Position numbers and translations under genes: made by a program. Under the pieces are notes generated by a model. It was given only the letters and a program-made list of their open reading frames with translations. It searched no databases and was not told the DNA's origin. Of a DNA stretch of 64,000 nucleotides, positions 36,396 through 49,652 are shown in pieces. Location: contig NC_086098.1 of NCBI RefSeq assembly GCF_963921235.1, forward strand, positions 3,472,001-3,536,000, given 5' to 3'. This DNA comes from Mobula hypostoma. Its lineage: Eukaryota. The stretch's first letter is position 1, and each line of letters opens with the position of its first letter.

Positions 36396-37156
36396 GTATC
36401 CAGAAAATCTTTAGGAAGCGGTATCTCAGAAAGGCAGTGTCCATTATTAAAGACCTCCAGCACCCAGGGCATACACTTTTCTCACTGTTACGATCAGGTA
36501 GGAGATACAGAAGCCTGAAGGCACACACTCAGTGATTCAGGAACAGCTTCTTCCCCTCTGCCATCCAATTCCTAAATGGACTTTGAAGCTTTGGACACTA
36601 CCTCACTTTTTTTTAATATACAGTATTTCGGTTTTTGCACATTTTTTAAAATAATCTATTCAATATACATAATTGATTTACTTGTTTATTTATTTTTTTT
36701 TCTCTCTCTCTCTGCTAGATTATCTATTGCATTGAACTGCTGCTGCTAAGTTAACAAAATTCACGTCACATGCCGGTGATAATAAACCTGATTCTGACTC
36801 TGATACTGAACTGAAACTTTCAGATATCCAATTTATACTGGTAAAAAAAACCCTCGTGGGAATGACATTCACAGCAGTGAGATACACCAACCAAGGAGCC
36901 ACACTGGGCTTGTATGTGGTTAAAAAAAAAACAGGAGGGCCGGCATTGTTGGGGAGTGATTGGCTAAGACAGCTACGACTTGATTGGAGATCCATCTACC
37001 ATTTGAATGTCACATCCCCTGTAACTGAAAGTGAGTTAAGAAAGGTCCTGGATGATGCCACAGCAGTGTGCAAGGATGATATTGAATACTCAAACATATG
37101 AAGGGTAAAATAGTGTTAGATGAAAATGCCACACTCAAGTTTTGCAAAGCCCATCC

Positions 37157-37480
37157 ATGATTCGCCTACCAGCCCCGACATAATGTACTGGTTGTGCACA
37201 GGAGTACATTCAGCCAGAGACTCATTCCACCGAGATGCAACACAGAGCGTCATAGGAAGTCATTCCTGCCTGTGGCCATCAAACTTTACAACTCCTCCCT
37301 TGGAGGGTCAGACACCCTGAGAAAATAGGCTGGTCCTGGACTTATTTCCTGGCACAATTTACATATTACTATTTAATTATTTATGGTTTTATTACTATTT
37401 AATTATTTATGGTGCAACTGTAATGAAAAGTAATTTCCCCCAGGATCAATAAAGTATGACTATGACTATGATTATGACTA
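37157..37480 (+). mobile_element. Rex1/Babar 3' end, same subfamily as 15026-16127, inserted in the Gypsy element
   Basis: Near-identical to about 15825-16127; (TATGAC)n tail. Confidence 0.9.
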
Positions 37481-38419
37481 TAAAGTAGCCAGTGAGCTGG
37501 TCGCATGGAGGCTGAAGGAGTTCTTTCCAAAGCTGAATGGAGCCAATGGGCAACACCAGTGGTCCCAGTAACCAAGACAATTGGGTCTGTCAGGATCTGT
37601 GGTGATTTTAAGGTCACCATCAACCCTGTACTGAAAGTAGATCAATACCCTCTACCCACCGTACAGGATATCTTTGCAAACGTGCACGTCTCATGAAAAG
37701 TAAAACAAAGAGCATTCCCGTGTTATTACCAGCTCTGTGTTTTCAGTACAATTAAATTTTATGTTTTGGAGTTAAAGAACGTAACAAAAGCTGCCATAAA
37801 ACAACAAAGTTGATGACATATGCTAGTGATACTAAACCTGATTTTGATTCTGCTTTTGAGCCAGGAAGTCCATCAGTCAAATATCCATGCAATTCTACTT
37901 TGCATTTGTTTGCCCAGAATGTCTCCTCCCGGTAATTCCCAGGTCACTCAGACAGCAGCTTTGAACTCAGTATAAAGTTAAAACAAATGTCACTCCAGGA
38001 ATTAATGCAATAAATGCAGAATTGGTCAGCAGTGCATTATGGTTGCATTGCAGTTATCACAACACTATTACGGCTGAAGGTGTCAAAATTCAGAGTTTAA
38101 TTCTGATGCCAAATTTGTACACCCTCCCCGGGAACATGTGGATTTCTGCCGGGTGCTCTGGGTTCTTCCCACAATCCAAAAAAATACTGGTCATTGTAAA
38201 TTGTCCTGTGATTCAGCTAAGGGTTAGTAGGTGGGTGGCTGGGAGGTGCGGCCTGTTGGGCCGGAAGGGCCTGTTCTACACTGTTTCTCTCAATAAAAAT
38301 AAACTAACTAAATAAAAAGCAATAACAAATGTTGACCTATATTTGCATATCTTGCCTTCACTACAAAACAATTTCTCCAGGCCATGTCTTCTGAAGAAAC
38401 TAAAGCATTGAGTTTTGAG

Positions 38420-38815
38420 AAGAACACATGAAATGCTGGAGGAACTCAGCAGGTCAGGCAGCATCTATGAAAATGACGTTTCAGGCCATGAGCCTTCTTC
38501 AGAACTGGCAAGAAAAGGATGATGCCAGAATAAGAATGTAGGGCAAGGGAAAGGAATACATCTCATAGGTGATGGGTGAGACTCGTTGAGTGGTGGAGCA
38601 GGGATGAAGTAAAAAGCTGGGAAGTGATAGATGGAGGGCGCTGGAAAAGAAGGAAACTGATAGGAGAGGAGACTGGACCATGGGAGAGTGGAAAGAAGGA
38701 AGGACACCTGGGGGAGTGATAGGCAAGTGAGGAGGAGAAGTAAGAGGCCAGTGTGAGGAATAGAAGAAAAGGGAAAAGGGAGGGGAAAAAATTATCGGAT
38801 GTTGGAGAAATCAAG
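38420..38815 (-). mobile_element. Penelope 3' fragment
   Basis: ATGCTGGAGGAACTCAGCAGGTCAGGCAGCATC, degenerate hammerhead, purine-rich tract. Confidence 0.8.
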
Positions 38816-40520
38816 TTAATTGGACGAATTCAATACCTGAGTTGTCTGGCCCATTTTTAGCAACAGCAAAGTAGTTGTTGGAAAAGCAGACATTATGGAA
38901 AAGGGAGGTTTTTTTAAAATAAAATGCAGCCTTCCAGAAATAGCAGTACTATATTTTTTGAGGTTGCTCTGAGAGATTATGCTATATGTGCCTCTTGAGA
39001 TATATGTTCCGGTAATAAAATGCAAGCACACAGTGTATGTGGGACACTCCACTCGCATGCTGAGCTGCGATGAAATCCAGGTTCTTTCCATGCAGTATGT
39101 AAGCCTCCTGATTAAGTTCAGCCAACGAGACCGGGCAGGGTAGCACATCCTTTCTAAATGCCAACAAGTCCTTCCCTGTGAGTTATATATATATATATAT
39201 GTATGTATCTGGCTCCAGAAAAATTCTGCAATTTCACTGCGACTTTGGCTCCCTGCTGCACAGTGCCCCAGCTACATATAAGTAGATGTCATATTTAGTA
39301 ATTACCTTAACACCACCAGCTTATCGCTGTATGATTAAACAGATGGAGAGTTGCAGTACAGTTTTTCCAGCTTCCCCTGGTGTGGTTTATAGAGCTGCCA
39401 AAGATAACCTAGCTACTTTTGAGGGTAGGTACTGCAGCAACATATTTCAAACTGATAAGTGATTTACCATGCACGCCATATTTTGACCCAGTACTTAGAT
39501 ACTTTTATCACCCCCAGTGCTTTCTTTCTTCCTTCTGAAAGGCAATAATAGCAGACATTTTAATGTTGGCTCTCTGGTGCGGCCTAGTGGATAGGCTTCA
39601 AGGTATGCATTCAGAACCAAAGCCAGTTTAACTCAAAAGTCAGAGCTCTAAAAAGCAAAAATCTGTTAAGTTATACATATAAAATATTGCTTCGCTAAAA
39701 ATATATATGCACGTCATCAATTGACTAAAATGATTTGAAATCCCAGAATGAATGTACAATCTCTCAATAGTAGATGATGCTTACTGTTCTGACTTAAAGC
39801 CAGTAAGTTTGAAAAAAACAAAAGAAAATGTGAATTTTTTTTATTCTGTTATTTAAAGAAACAAAGATATTTTGATAATAAGATGAATGGCAACCTTGAC
39901 TCCAGCTAAACGCTTTCTGTAACATGAGGCACTTCGTGACCCGGTAACTATTGTTCTGATTCATTAATAGTTAAATATATATGGACAGTAAGAATCTCAG
40001 AATAATAACCTGTCTTCTCAGTCACTGGCATGTTGATGCCATAGTCCACTGAGCTGTACCAGAAATTACAGCACAAAGCATTACAAGTGATTAAACTCGG
40101 ACTAAATGAAACGGAATGAAACGTCATCCTGCAAGGAAGCTAAAGACCCCACTTTCACATGATGTCAGTTGTTTGCTCGCTTGGTTGGTGGAGGGGAGAA
40201 GGCACAGCTGATGGCTCACCTGCAGTCCCAGTCAGCAGACGGAAAGATGGTTGTTACCTGTTTATTGTGCATTATCATGCACCAGCCTCAGGAAGTGAGC
40301 TTTCAGCTTCACCTTCAATTGAACAAGTGCAGTTTTCAGCTTAATGAGTTGTTGAGCCCCGAGTTTCTGATTTCACTCTGAGTTATGCTTTGTCTCTGCT
40401 CAGGGAAGAGTAAAACTGGACAAAAAATTACCCCCTGACAGCAATTGGAGGTGGTTTCTTTGTTTTATTCTGGCATTGTCCATACTTGCAAAAGAACCAT
40501 GAGCCTCAAACAGAGAAAAA
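38816..40520. promoter_or_regulatory. 1.7-kb transposon-free island, candidate cis-regulatory region
   Basis: Longest stretch with no recognisable repeat; clustered GATA, E-box and ETS-like words; function is inference only. Confidence 0.3.
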
Positions 40521-41416
40521 AAATAAACACATGACATTCTGTAGATGTTGGAAATGCAGAGCAACATACAAAATGGCTTAATTCTGCTCCTATGTCTGAT
40601 GGTCTTATAATGCGGTTGAGAGGAAATGGATCAGCCGTGATAAAATGGCAGCGCAGACTCGATGGGCTGAATGGCCTAATTCTGCTCCCTAATGGTCAAA
40701 TGGTCTTAAAATGCTGGAAGAACTCAGAAGGTTAGGCAGCATCCATGGAAATAAATGAACAGTTTACGTTTCAGACCAAGATCTTTATCAATACTGACTG
40801 CTACCTGTCTTATCATATACTATATTAAGATTCATTTTCTTGCAGGCATTTACAGATAAAATAAGGAAATGCAAAAGAATTTACGAAAAATTATACTGTA
40901 CATCAACAAAGACTGATAAACACCCAATGTTCAAAAGAAAACAAGTTGTACAAATAAAGAAACAAACTACTTGTGATTCTCAGAGTAGTAATATAAGAAC
41001 AGCTCGATTTGTCAGATGTACATCGAAACGTGCAGTGAATTTCATCATTTGCATCAACAACAAACACAGTCCGAGGATTGTGCGGGGGGCTGCCTGCGAG
41101 GTTTGCCATGCTTCCAGTGCCAAGTACATATTGTTTTAGCAGTATAAATAGAAAACTGTTATTTAAATTTCATTTTATTTAGAGACATGGCACAGTAACA
41201 GGCTAGGTGACCAATTAACCTACGACCCGTATGTCTTCAGCAATGTGGGAGCATCTGGTGGAAGCTCACATGGTCACAGGGAGGACGTACAAACTCCTTT
41301 CAGATGGCGGCAGGAGTTGAACCTAGGTCACTAGCGCTGTAAAGTGTTACGCGAACCACTATGCCATTGTGTCACCATGATGTGTTTATATACTGTATAC
41401 ACATCGTGTACATATA

Positions 41417-42117
41417 TGAGGAGCGCAGGAGAAGAGAGGGATCTGGGAATACAGATACAAAATTCCCTAAAAGTGGCGTCACAGGTAGATAGGGCTTTAT
41501 TAATCAAAGTATTGAGTATAAGAGTAGGAATGTTACGGTGAGGTTGTATAAGGCATTGGTGAGGCCGAATTTGGAGTATTGTGTGCAGTTTTGGTCACCA
41601 AATTACAGGAAGGATATTAATAAGGTTGAAAGAGTGCAGAGAAGGTTTACAAGGATGTTGCCGGGACTTGAGAAAATGAGTTACAGAGAAAGGTTAAATA
41701 GGTTAGGACTTTATTCCCTGGAGCGTAGAAGAATGAGGGGAGATTTGATCGAGGTATATAAAATTATGACGGGTATAGATAGAGTGAATGCAAGCAGGCT
41801 TTTTTCACTAAGGCAAGGGGAGAAAAAAACCAGAGGACATGGGTTAAAGGTGAAGGGGGAAAAGTTTAAAGGGAACATTGGGGGTGGGGGGTTCTTCACA
41901 CAGAGAGTGGTGGGAGTGTGGAATGAGCTGCCAGATGAAGTGGTAAATACGAGCTCACTTTTGACATTTAAGAAAAACTTGGACAGGTACATGGATGAGA
42001 GGTGTGTGGAGGGATATGGTCCAGGTGCAGGTCAGTGGGACAAGGCAGAAAAATGGTTCGGCACAGCCAAGATGGGCCAAGAGTCCTGTATCTGTGCTGT
42101 AATGTTCTGTGGTTCTA
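41417..42117 (+). mobile_element. CR1 3' fragment with 8-bp TSD
   Basis: ORF 41538-42140; TACATATA at 41409-41416 and 42118-42125. Confidence 0.92.
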
Positions 42118-42464
42118 TACATATACACACATACATATAATAGTCTATTTATTATTATCAAAGTGTATATGTTATCATATACTATCTTAAGATTCATTTT
42201 CTTGTAGGCACTGGCAAGAAAAATAAAGAAATACCGTAGAATTTATGAAAAACTATACTGACGAACGATCAGTATTTAAAAGAAAAAAATACTACAAATA
42301 ATCAATAATATTGAGAAAACAAGTTGTATAGAGTCCTTGAAAGTGAGTGGATAGGATGTGGAATCAATTCGCAGTTACATTGAGTGAAGTTATCCATGCT
42401 GGTTTAGAAGCCTGATGTCCAAAGGGTAACATCTGTTCCTTATCTCCTGTACCTTTCGCATGAT

Positions 42465-43330
42465 GACCATAAGATATAGGAACAAAATTAGGCTCTTTGG
42501 CCCATTGAGTCTGCTGCACTATTTCATCATGACCGATCCATTTTCCCCCTCAGCCCAAGCTCCTGCCTTAATGACTTGGCTTCCACAGCTGTCAGTGGTA
42601 ACGAATTCCATAGCTTCACCACTCTGTGGCAAAAGAAATCCTTCCTTATCTTCATTGTAAAAGGATGGCCCTCTATTCTGAGGCTGTGTTCTCTGGTCTT
42701 AGACTCCCCCACCATAGAAACATCCTCAGCACATCCACTCTATCAAGTTCTTTCAACATTCAGTAGGTTTCAATGAGGTCACCCCTCATTGTTCCGAATT
42801 CCAGTGACTGCAGGCCCAGAGACATCAAACGCTCTTCCTATGACAATCCCAGAATCATTTCTATGAACTTCCTATGAACTCTCTCCAGTTTCAGCACATC
42901 CTTTCTAAGGTAAGGGGCCCAAAGATGCTCACAATACTCCAAGTGAGGCCTCACCAGTGTTTTATAAAGCCTCAACACTACATCCTTGCTTTTATATTCT
43001 AGCCCTCTTGAAATTAATGCTAACATCACATTTACCTTCTTCACCACTGACTCAACCTGCAAACTAACCTTTTGGGCATCCTGCACGAGGACTCATAAGT
43101 CTCTTTGCACCTCTGATTTTTGTATTTTTCTCCATATAGAAAATAGTCTACCCTTTTATTTCTTCTACCAAAGTGCATGACCAGACACTTCCTGACACAG
43201 CATTCCGTTTTCCACTTCTTTGCCCATTCTCCTAATCTGTCTAAGTCCTTCAGTTGCCCCTCTACTTCCTCAAAACGTCCTGCCCCTCCACCTATCTTTG
43301 TATTGTCTGCAAATTTTGCCACAAAGCCCT
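42465..43330 (-). mobile_element. CR1 3' fragment
   Basis: ORFs 43041-43406 (KFADNTK), 42838-43086, 42527-42715. Confidence 0.9.
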
Positions 43331-44919
43331 CAGGTGGTGGGTGGGGGATGTCTTTGATGATGAATGCTACTTTCTTGTAGCAGTTCTCCCTGTAAATGTG
43401 CTCCATGATAGGAAGGCCTTTGCCATGTGATAGGCACTTAGGTCCCCTCTTGATACCCTCTGCTCCAGGAAGAACAGACTGAGCCTCTCCAATCTGACAA
43501 TCCAGCCTAGCAATTTCCTCTTCACCTTCTCAAGTGCTATCACATCCTTCTGAGAGTATGGTGACCAGACTGAATTGAGAACTCCAGCTGAGGTCTGACT
43601 AATGTTTTATAAAATTGGGTCATAACCTCCATAATCCTGTATTCAGTGCCCTGGCTAATGAAGGCCACCATCTCATATATCATGAGAAATCATTGTGTTC
43701 TGCTTAAGTCTTGGTAAAGTAAATGGTTAAAATGGTTCCAAAGAGAAAACATGGAGTTGTAGAGAACAATAGCACAAAACAGGCTGTTTGGCCCATCTAG
43801 TCCATGCTAAAAATGTTTAAACTGCCTACTCCCATTGACCTGCACCATACCTCTCCATGCCCCTACCATCCAAACTTGGCTTAAATTTTGAAATCAAGCT
43901 GAGATACACTGCTTGCACTGGCAGTTCATTCTACACTCTCACCACCCTCTGAGTGAAAAAGTTTCCCCTCACATTCCCCTTAAACATTTCTCCTTTCACC
44001 CTTAACCCATGACGTCTGGTTGTATTGCCACCCAACCTCAGTGGAAAAAGCCTGCTTGCATCTGATTTCAGGACAATAGCTTCTTTCTACTTGCTGTGAA
44101 CCACACTTTGTATGCTCCTATTGAGAAGTGTGCATTTCCTCTCATTACTGGGTCTCTGTTCTTCTTCACTAGTTTAATTAAACATAAGGTTATTCATTCT
44201 TCAATTCGCTCTCTTTCACCTTCATTGTCCCTCTTGTTGAGGAGCAGGATTTTCTGACCAAAGTGCGCTTCTGGGTTAGGATGCATCTCCGTTGACTCTC
44301 CCAAAGGTAAATTTAAAAATGTGAATTCTGCAAAAATAACTCATTCCCCTCCCAAGTGAATATCTTGCTGAATGACAAACTCACTTTCTTCAGATGAAAG
44401 CCCAAGAGTTTTTGTCACCTGAAATTGGAGCTGGAGCTCTGATCTCTCAGTTATTTTTATATTGGACTAAGTGCCTTGTAGCGTTTTACAACAGAGATTT
44501 AAATATTTCTTATCAAGTCTGAGGAAGAGAAAGATAATTTAAAGCATTAGGATCAAGAGTGGCAAAAGCAATTGGAATGGTATCTAGGAAAGACAATATA
44601 TGAAGCTTATAGGAGTACATTTTTAAAATGCACTAATAACAATTTGAAAATATATCCTATGAAATGAATATATAATTTGAAAATAAGTCAAAATCAAGTT
44701 CAAAGTAAATTTATTATCAAAGTACATATATGTCTCTATATTCTATCTTGAGATTCATTTTCTTGCAGACATTTACAGGAAAATAAAGAAATACAAAGAT
44801 GGATTGTGTTTGTCTGCGACTGCATTAGCGTGTGATGATCAGACTCTTGTGGGCTTGTTCATGCCGACAGCATCCCATGCACTATCAATCTGCGGGACAG
44901 AACACTCAGGGACGGGCTA

Positions 44920-45677
44920 GAAACACAGAAACATAGAAAACCTACAGCACAATACAGGCCCTTCGGCCCACAAAGCTGTGCTGAACATGTCCTTACCTGA
45001 GAAATTGCCAAGTGTTACCCATAGCCCTCTATTTTTCTGAGCTCCATATACCTGTCCAGGAGTCTCTTAAAAGACCCTCTCGTATCTGCCTCCACTACTG
45101 TTGCCGGCAGCCCATTCCACGCACTCACCACTCTCTGCATAAAAAACCTACCCCTGACATCCCCTCTGTACCTACTTCCAAGCACCTTAAAGCTGTGCCC
45201 GCTCATGTTAACCATTTTAGCCCTGGGAAAATGCCTCTGACTATCCACATGATCAATGCCTCTCATCATCTTATACCCCTCTATAAGGTCACCTCTCATC
45301 CTCCATCGCTCCAAGGAAAAAAGGCCAAGTTCACTCAACCTATTCTCATAAGGCATGCTCCCCAATCCAGGCAACTTCCTTGTAAATCTCCTCTGCACCC
45401 TTTTTATGGTTTCCACATTTTTCCTGTAGTGAGGTGACCAGAACTGAGCACAGTACTCCAAGTGGGGACTGACCAGGGTCCTGTATAGCTGCAACATTAC
45501 CTCTCAGCTCCTAAACTCAATCCCATTATTGATGAAGGCCAATGCACCGTATGCCTGCTTAACCATAAAGTCAACCTGCGCAACAGCCTTGAATGTCCTA
45601 TGGACTCAGACCCCAAGATCCCTCTGATCCTGCCAAGAGTCTTACCGTTAATACTATATTCTGTCATCATATTTGGC
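44920..45677 (-). mobile_element. CR1/HER1-like 3' fragment
   Basis: ORF 45015-45497; TAGAAACA-type tail on the + strand. Confidence 0.92.
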
Positions 45678-45908
45678 CTATGGGCTAGATTGTTATTTTT
45701 TGTGTGACTGCATGTTCACTGCTATCATCATCATAGTGCGACATGTGCCTTCTGCTGTGTATGGCTGCTGGTACTACATTTTGTACCTTGGCCCCGGGGT
45801 AACACTATTCCATTTGACTGTTTCTGTGGGTATTTATGTATGCTTGAATGACAATTCAACTTGAACTTGATAAACAAAGAGTGAGTGAATATGGAATCTT
45901 GCAGTTTC

Positions 45909-46167
45909 AGGGCGGCACGGTAGTGTAGTGGTTAGGACAATGCTTTACAGTGCCTGTGACCTGGGTTCAATTCCCCCCACTGCCTGTCAGGAGTTTGTAT
46001 GTTCTCCCTGTGACCGCGTGGCTTTCCTCCGGGTGCTCCGAGTTCCTCCCAAAGGTCATTGTAAATTGTCCAGTGATCAAGCTTGGGTTAAATTGGGGAT
46101 TTCTGGGCAGTGCAGCTCAAAGGACCTGAAGGGCCTGTTCCATGCTGTGTCTCAATAAATAAATAAA
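45909..46167 (+). mobile_element. V-SINE/HE1-like SINE, best-preserved copy (others near 19940, 23940, 38060, 41170, 48380, 52210, 55790, 56460, 59360)
   Basis: A box GGTAGTGTAGTGG, B box GGTTCAATTCC, V-domain GAGTTTGTATGTTCTCCCTGTGACCGCGTGG..CCTCCGGGTGCTCC, CR1-like tail GAAGGGCCTGTTCCATGCTG, (TAAA)n. Confidence 0.85.
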
Positions 46168-46509
46168 TCGATCAATCAATGCAAGTTTTGAACAATTCAG
46201 GTGTTGTGCAACTAATTGTTTAATAACTTGGGTGCACCACTGAAACAAAATTTTGGGGTGTACTTTACAATAGCCATGCCTGGTGACAGCAGTGATTTGG
46301 AAATCAGGTATATTTGAACTCATCAAATGCATTACTCTGCACAAACAAATCTATCCAGAAAAGAATGGTGTCTAATGATTAGAGGCCAAATAATCTGCTG
46401 AAAGGAAATGTCCAGAATGGAAAACAAAATTAAGAGTATAAGGCATCATATAATTGCTAATAATTTACTGGGACAACATGTAATTTGAAAACTGGTTGGA
46501 CATTATGAA

Positions 46510-46998
46510 TGACACCAAAGACTCTTGCAAATTTCTATGAAAGTGCTGTGGAGAGCATTTTAACTGTAATTGCATCACTCTCTGGTATGGAAGGGCCACT
46601 GCACAGGATCAGAAAAACTCATCCAGCTCCATCATGGGAACTAGTCTCCTCAGCATCAATGACGTCTTCAGAAGGTGATGCCTCAAAAAGGCAGTATCCA
46701 TTAGTAAGGACCCCAATCACCCTCTTCTCATTACTACCATCAAGGAGAAGGTACAGGAGCCTGAAGACACACACTCAACATTTTAGGACAACTCCTACCC
46801 CACCACCATCAGATTTCGGAATGGACAACCAATCCATGTACACTACTCACTATTTTTTTTCTTTTGTTGCTCTCTTATTTAATTTATATATATTATTTCT
46901 TATTGTAATTTATGGTATATTTTATGCATTACAGTGTACTGCTGCCACAAAACAACACATTTCATGACATATGCCAGTGATATTAAACCTGATTCTGA
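46510..46998 (+). mobile_element. Rex1/Babar 3' fragment
   Basis: LANFYESAVESILT, LFSLLPSRRRYRSL; ATTAAACCTGATTCTGA tail. Confidence 0.82.
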
Positions 46999-48593
46999 AA
47001 CTGATTATATAATGAATTATGTTTAAGTCTCTTAAGAAAGAAGTTTATCATGGCATCTCATATTATCTGGCTGTAAACGTCTCATTTGCCAGTTTTGTGC
47101 TCCCTTTGGCATTCAGTCCTGCTGACTTCAATGCACATTCACTGAGCTCCCAATGATATATATTATCCCATGTTTAATTCTTTACCGACTTCCGTCCCTG
47201 AATGAATTAATAAATAATCTTACAATCTATAATGAAAAGCTCCATGTTTAGATTGTGGAGCTGCCCTTTAAATGGTCATTATAGATAGGGCTCAAATATT
47301 ATAAATGCATTTTGTACAAACAGAATCCTGCGTCAAAATCTTTCCTCAGGTTTGCATGCTTACTGAAGAATTATGTGAAGATTCAGTGTTAAGGAATAGG
47401 AGCTGAAGTAAGCTATATGGTGTTATTATAGATAAATTAGTTCCAATCTATGAAAGCCATTGGGATTTCACATTTACCCAATAATTACTATCAATATTTC
47501 CTTTCTGCTATCCCTAGCCTCCAGAATCTATTTACATAAAAATACGATGCGATAACATTCCTTGCCTGTCCTCTGCAGTGTCAGCTATAGTGCCATTATT
47601 ATCCAATAACTGATAAAAATAATTATACTACTGCCCACTTCAATAAGTCCAAGATAACAAAAGAATTTTGCAAGTCATAAACAACAAGGGCAGACGAAGT
47701 CACTCAGACTTAGCCATGCCTTAGCATTGAAACTTTACTGGAAGCTGGCAGAAATTCCATTCATGAAGGTAAACAGTTTCAATGTCCCAGTAAGTTCAGC
47801 ACCAAAAACTCCCAAGGAAGTTCCAATGGATTCCAGATTCAAGATTCAATTTTATTTGTTATATTGAAACATAGAGTGAAATGTGTTATTTGCATTAATG
47901 AACAACACACCCGAGGCTGTGCATGGGGCAGCCAACAAGTATCATCATGCTTCTGGTACCAATATAGCATGCCACAATTTACTAATCCTAATTTATACGT
48001 TGAAAATAGAACAGTACAGCAAGGGAACAGGTACTTCAGCCCACTGAGGTGCCAAACCAATCAAATTAGTAATCAAATGGCCAACCGAAAGGATCCCTTT
48101 TGCCGACACAATGTCCACATCCTTCCATTTTCCTCATATTCATGTGCCTATCTAAACTTCTCTTAAAATTCCCTAATGTTTCTACCTCTACCACATCAGG
48201 CAACGCATTCCAGGTACACACCACTCCCTGTGAAAAAATACTTGTCCCTCATATCTCCTTTGAAATTACCTCGTCCCACCTTAAATGCATGCTCTCTGGT
48301 ATTAGACGTTACATGTGTGTGAAAAAGGTATTGTCTGTCTACTCCTGTCTCTCATAAACTTTTAACCTCCGTCAGATCTTTGAAATGTGGGAGGAAACCA
48401 GAGCACCCAGAGGAAACACGCACTGTCACAGGGAGAATGTACAAACTCGGTACAGACAAGAGGGTGAATTGAAACCCAGTCAGAGATTGCTGGCACAGTA
48501 AAGCATTGTGCTAACCGCTAGGCCACCATACCATGCCCTATACCACCCACCCATCTATGCTAATCCCATTTCCCACCACTCCCTAAAATCCTT

Positions 48594-49652
48594 AACCATA
48601 TAACCATATAACAATTACAACACAGAAACAGGCCATCTCAGCCCTTCTAGTCCATGCCGAACTCTTACTCTCACCTAGTCCCACCGACCTGCACTCAGCC
48701 CATAACCCTCCATTCCTTTCCTGTCCATATATCTATCCAATATAACTTTAAATGACAACATTGAACCTGCCCCAACCACTTCTGCTGGAAGCTCGTTCCA
48801 CACAGCTACCACTCTCTGAGTAAAGAAGTTCCCCCTCATGTTACCCCTAAACTCTTGTCCTTTAACTCTAAACTCATGTCCTCTTGTTCGAATCCCCCCC
48901 ACTCTCAATGGTAAAAACCTATCCACGTCAACTCTATCTATCCTCCTCATAATTTTAAATATCTCTATCAAGTCCCCCCTCAACCTTCTACACTCCAAAG
49001 AATAAAGACCCAACTTGTTCAACCTTTCTCTGTAACTTAGGTGTTGAAACCCAGGTAACATTCTAGTAAATCTTCTCTGTACTCTCTCTATTTTGTTGAC
49101 ATCTTTCCTATAATTCGGTGACCAAAACTGTACACAATACTACAAATTTGGCCTCACCAATGCCTTGTACAATTTCAACATTACATCCTAACTCCTATAC
49201 TCAATGCTCTGATTTATAAAGGCCAGCATACCAAAAGCTTTCTTCACCACCCTATCCACATGAGATTCCATCTTCAGGGAAATATGCACCATTATTCCTA
49301 GATCCCTCTGTTCTAATGCATTCTTCAATGCCCTACCATTTACCATGTATGTCCTATTTTGATTAGTCCTACCAAAATGTAGCACCTCACATTTATCAGA
49401 ATTAAACTCCATCTGCCATCTTTCAGCCCACTCTTCTAACTGGCCTAAATCTCTCTGCAAGCTTTGAAAACCTACTTCATTATCCACAAATCTACCTATC
49501 TTAGTATCATCTGCATACTTACTAATCCAATTTACCACCCCATCATCCAGATCATTAATATATATGACAAACAACATTGGACCCAGTACAGATCCCTGAG
49601 GCACACCACTAATCACCGGTCTCCAACCTGACAAACAGTTATCCACCACTAG
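48594..49652 (-). mobile_element. CR1 3' fragment (TATAACCA-tail subfamily)
   Basis: ORFs 49188-49649 (SGVPQGSVLGP, KYADDTK) and 48675-49061. Confidence 0.93.

Larger units (their letters stand above)
30959..36801 (+). mobile_element. Rex1/Babar LINE nested in the Gypsy protease, itself split by two CR1 insertions (pieces 30959-31938, 33108-33196, 36396-36801)
   Basis: LWLGLQDITSYK, PDELNAF, TKELIEDFRK, FKFLGV; text continuous across junctions; AATAAACCTGATTCTGA tail. Confidence 0.9.
29960..37786 (+). mobile_element. Degraded Gypsy/Ty3 LTR retrotransposon (gag, protease, RT start) in three pieces: about 29960-30958, 36802-37156, 37481-37786
   Basis: Twin zinc knuckles CYCCGRGLHSPDQC..GHIERVC; protease LDT(S/G) continuing as GGPALLG.DWL after the insertion; RT start [30 protein letters not shown]; the putative LTR end ..AACA at 37786 is tentative. 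Confidence 0.85.

Noticed and set aside
45909..45985. tRNA-like A and B boxes here and at about 54230-54285
   Set aside because: Followed by SINE body and tail with no full cloverleaf; these are SINE heads, not tRNA genes
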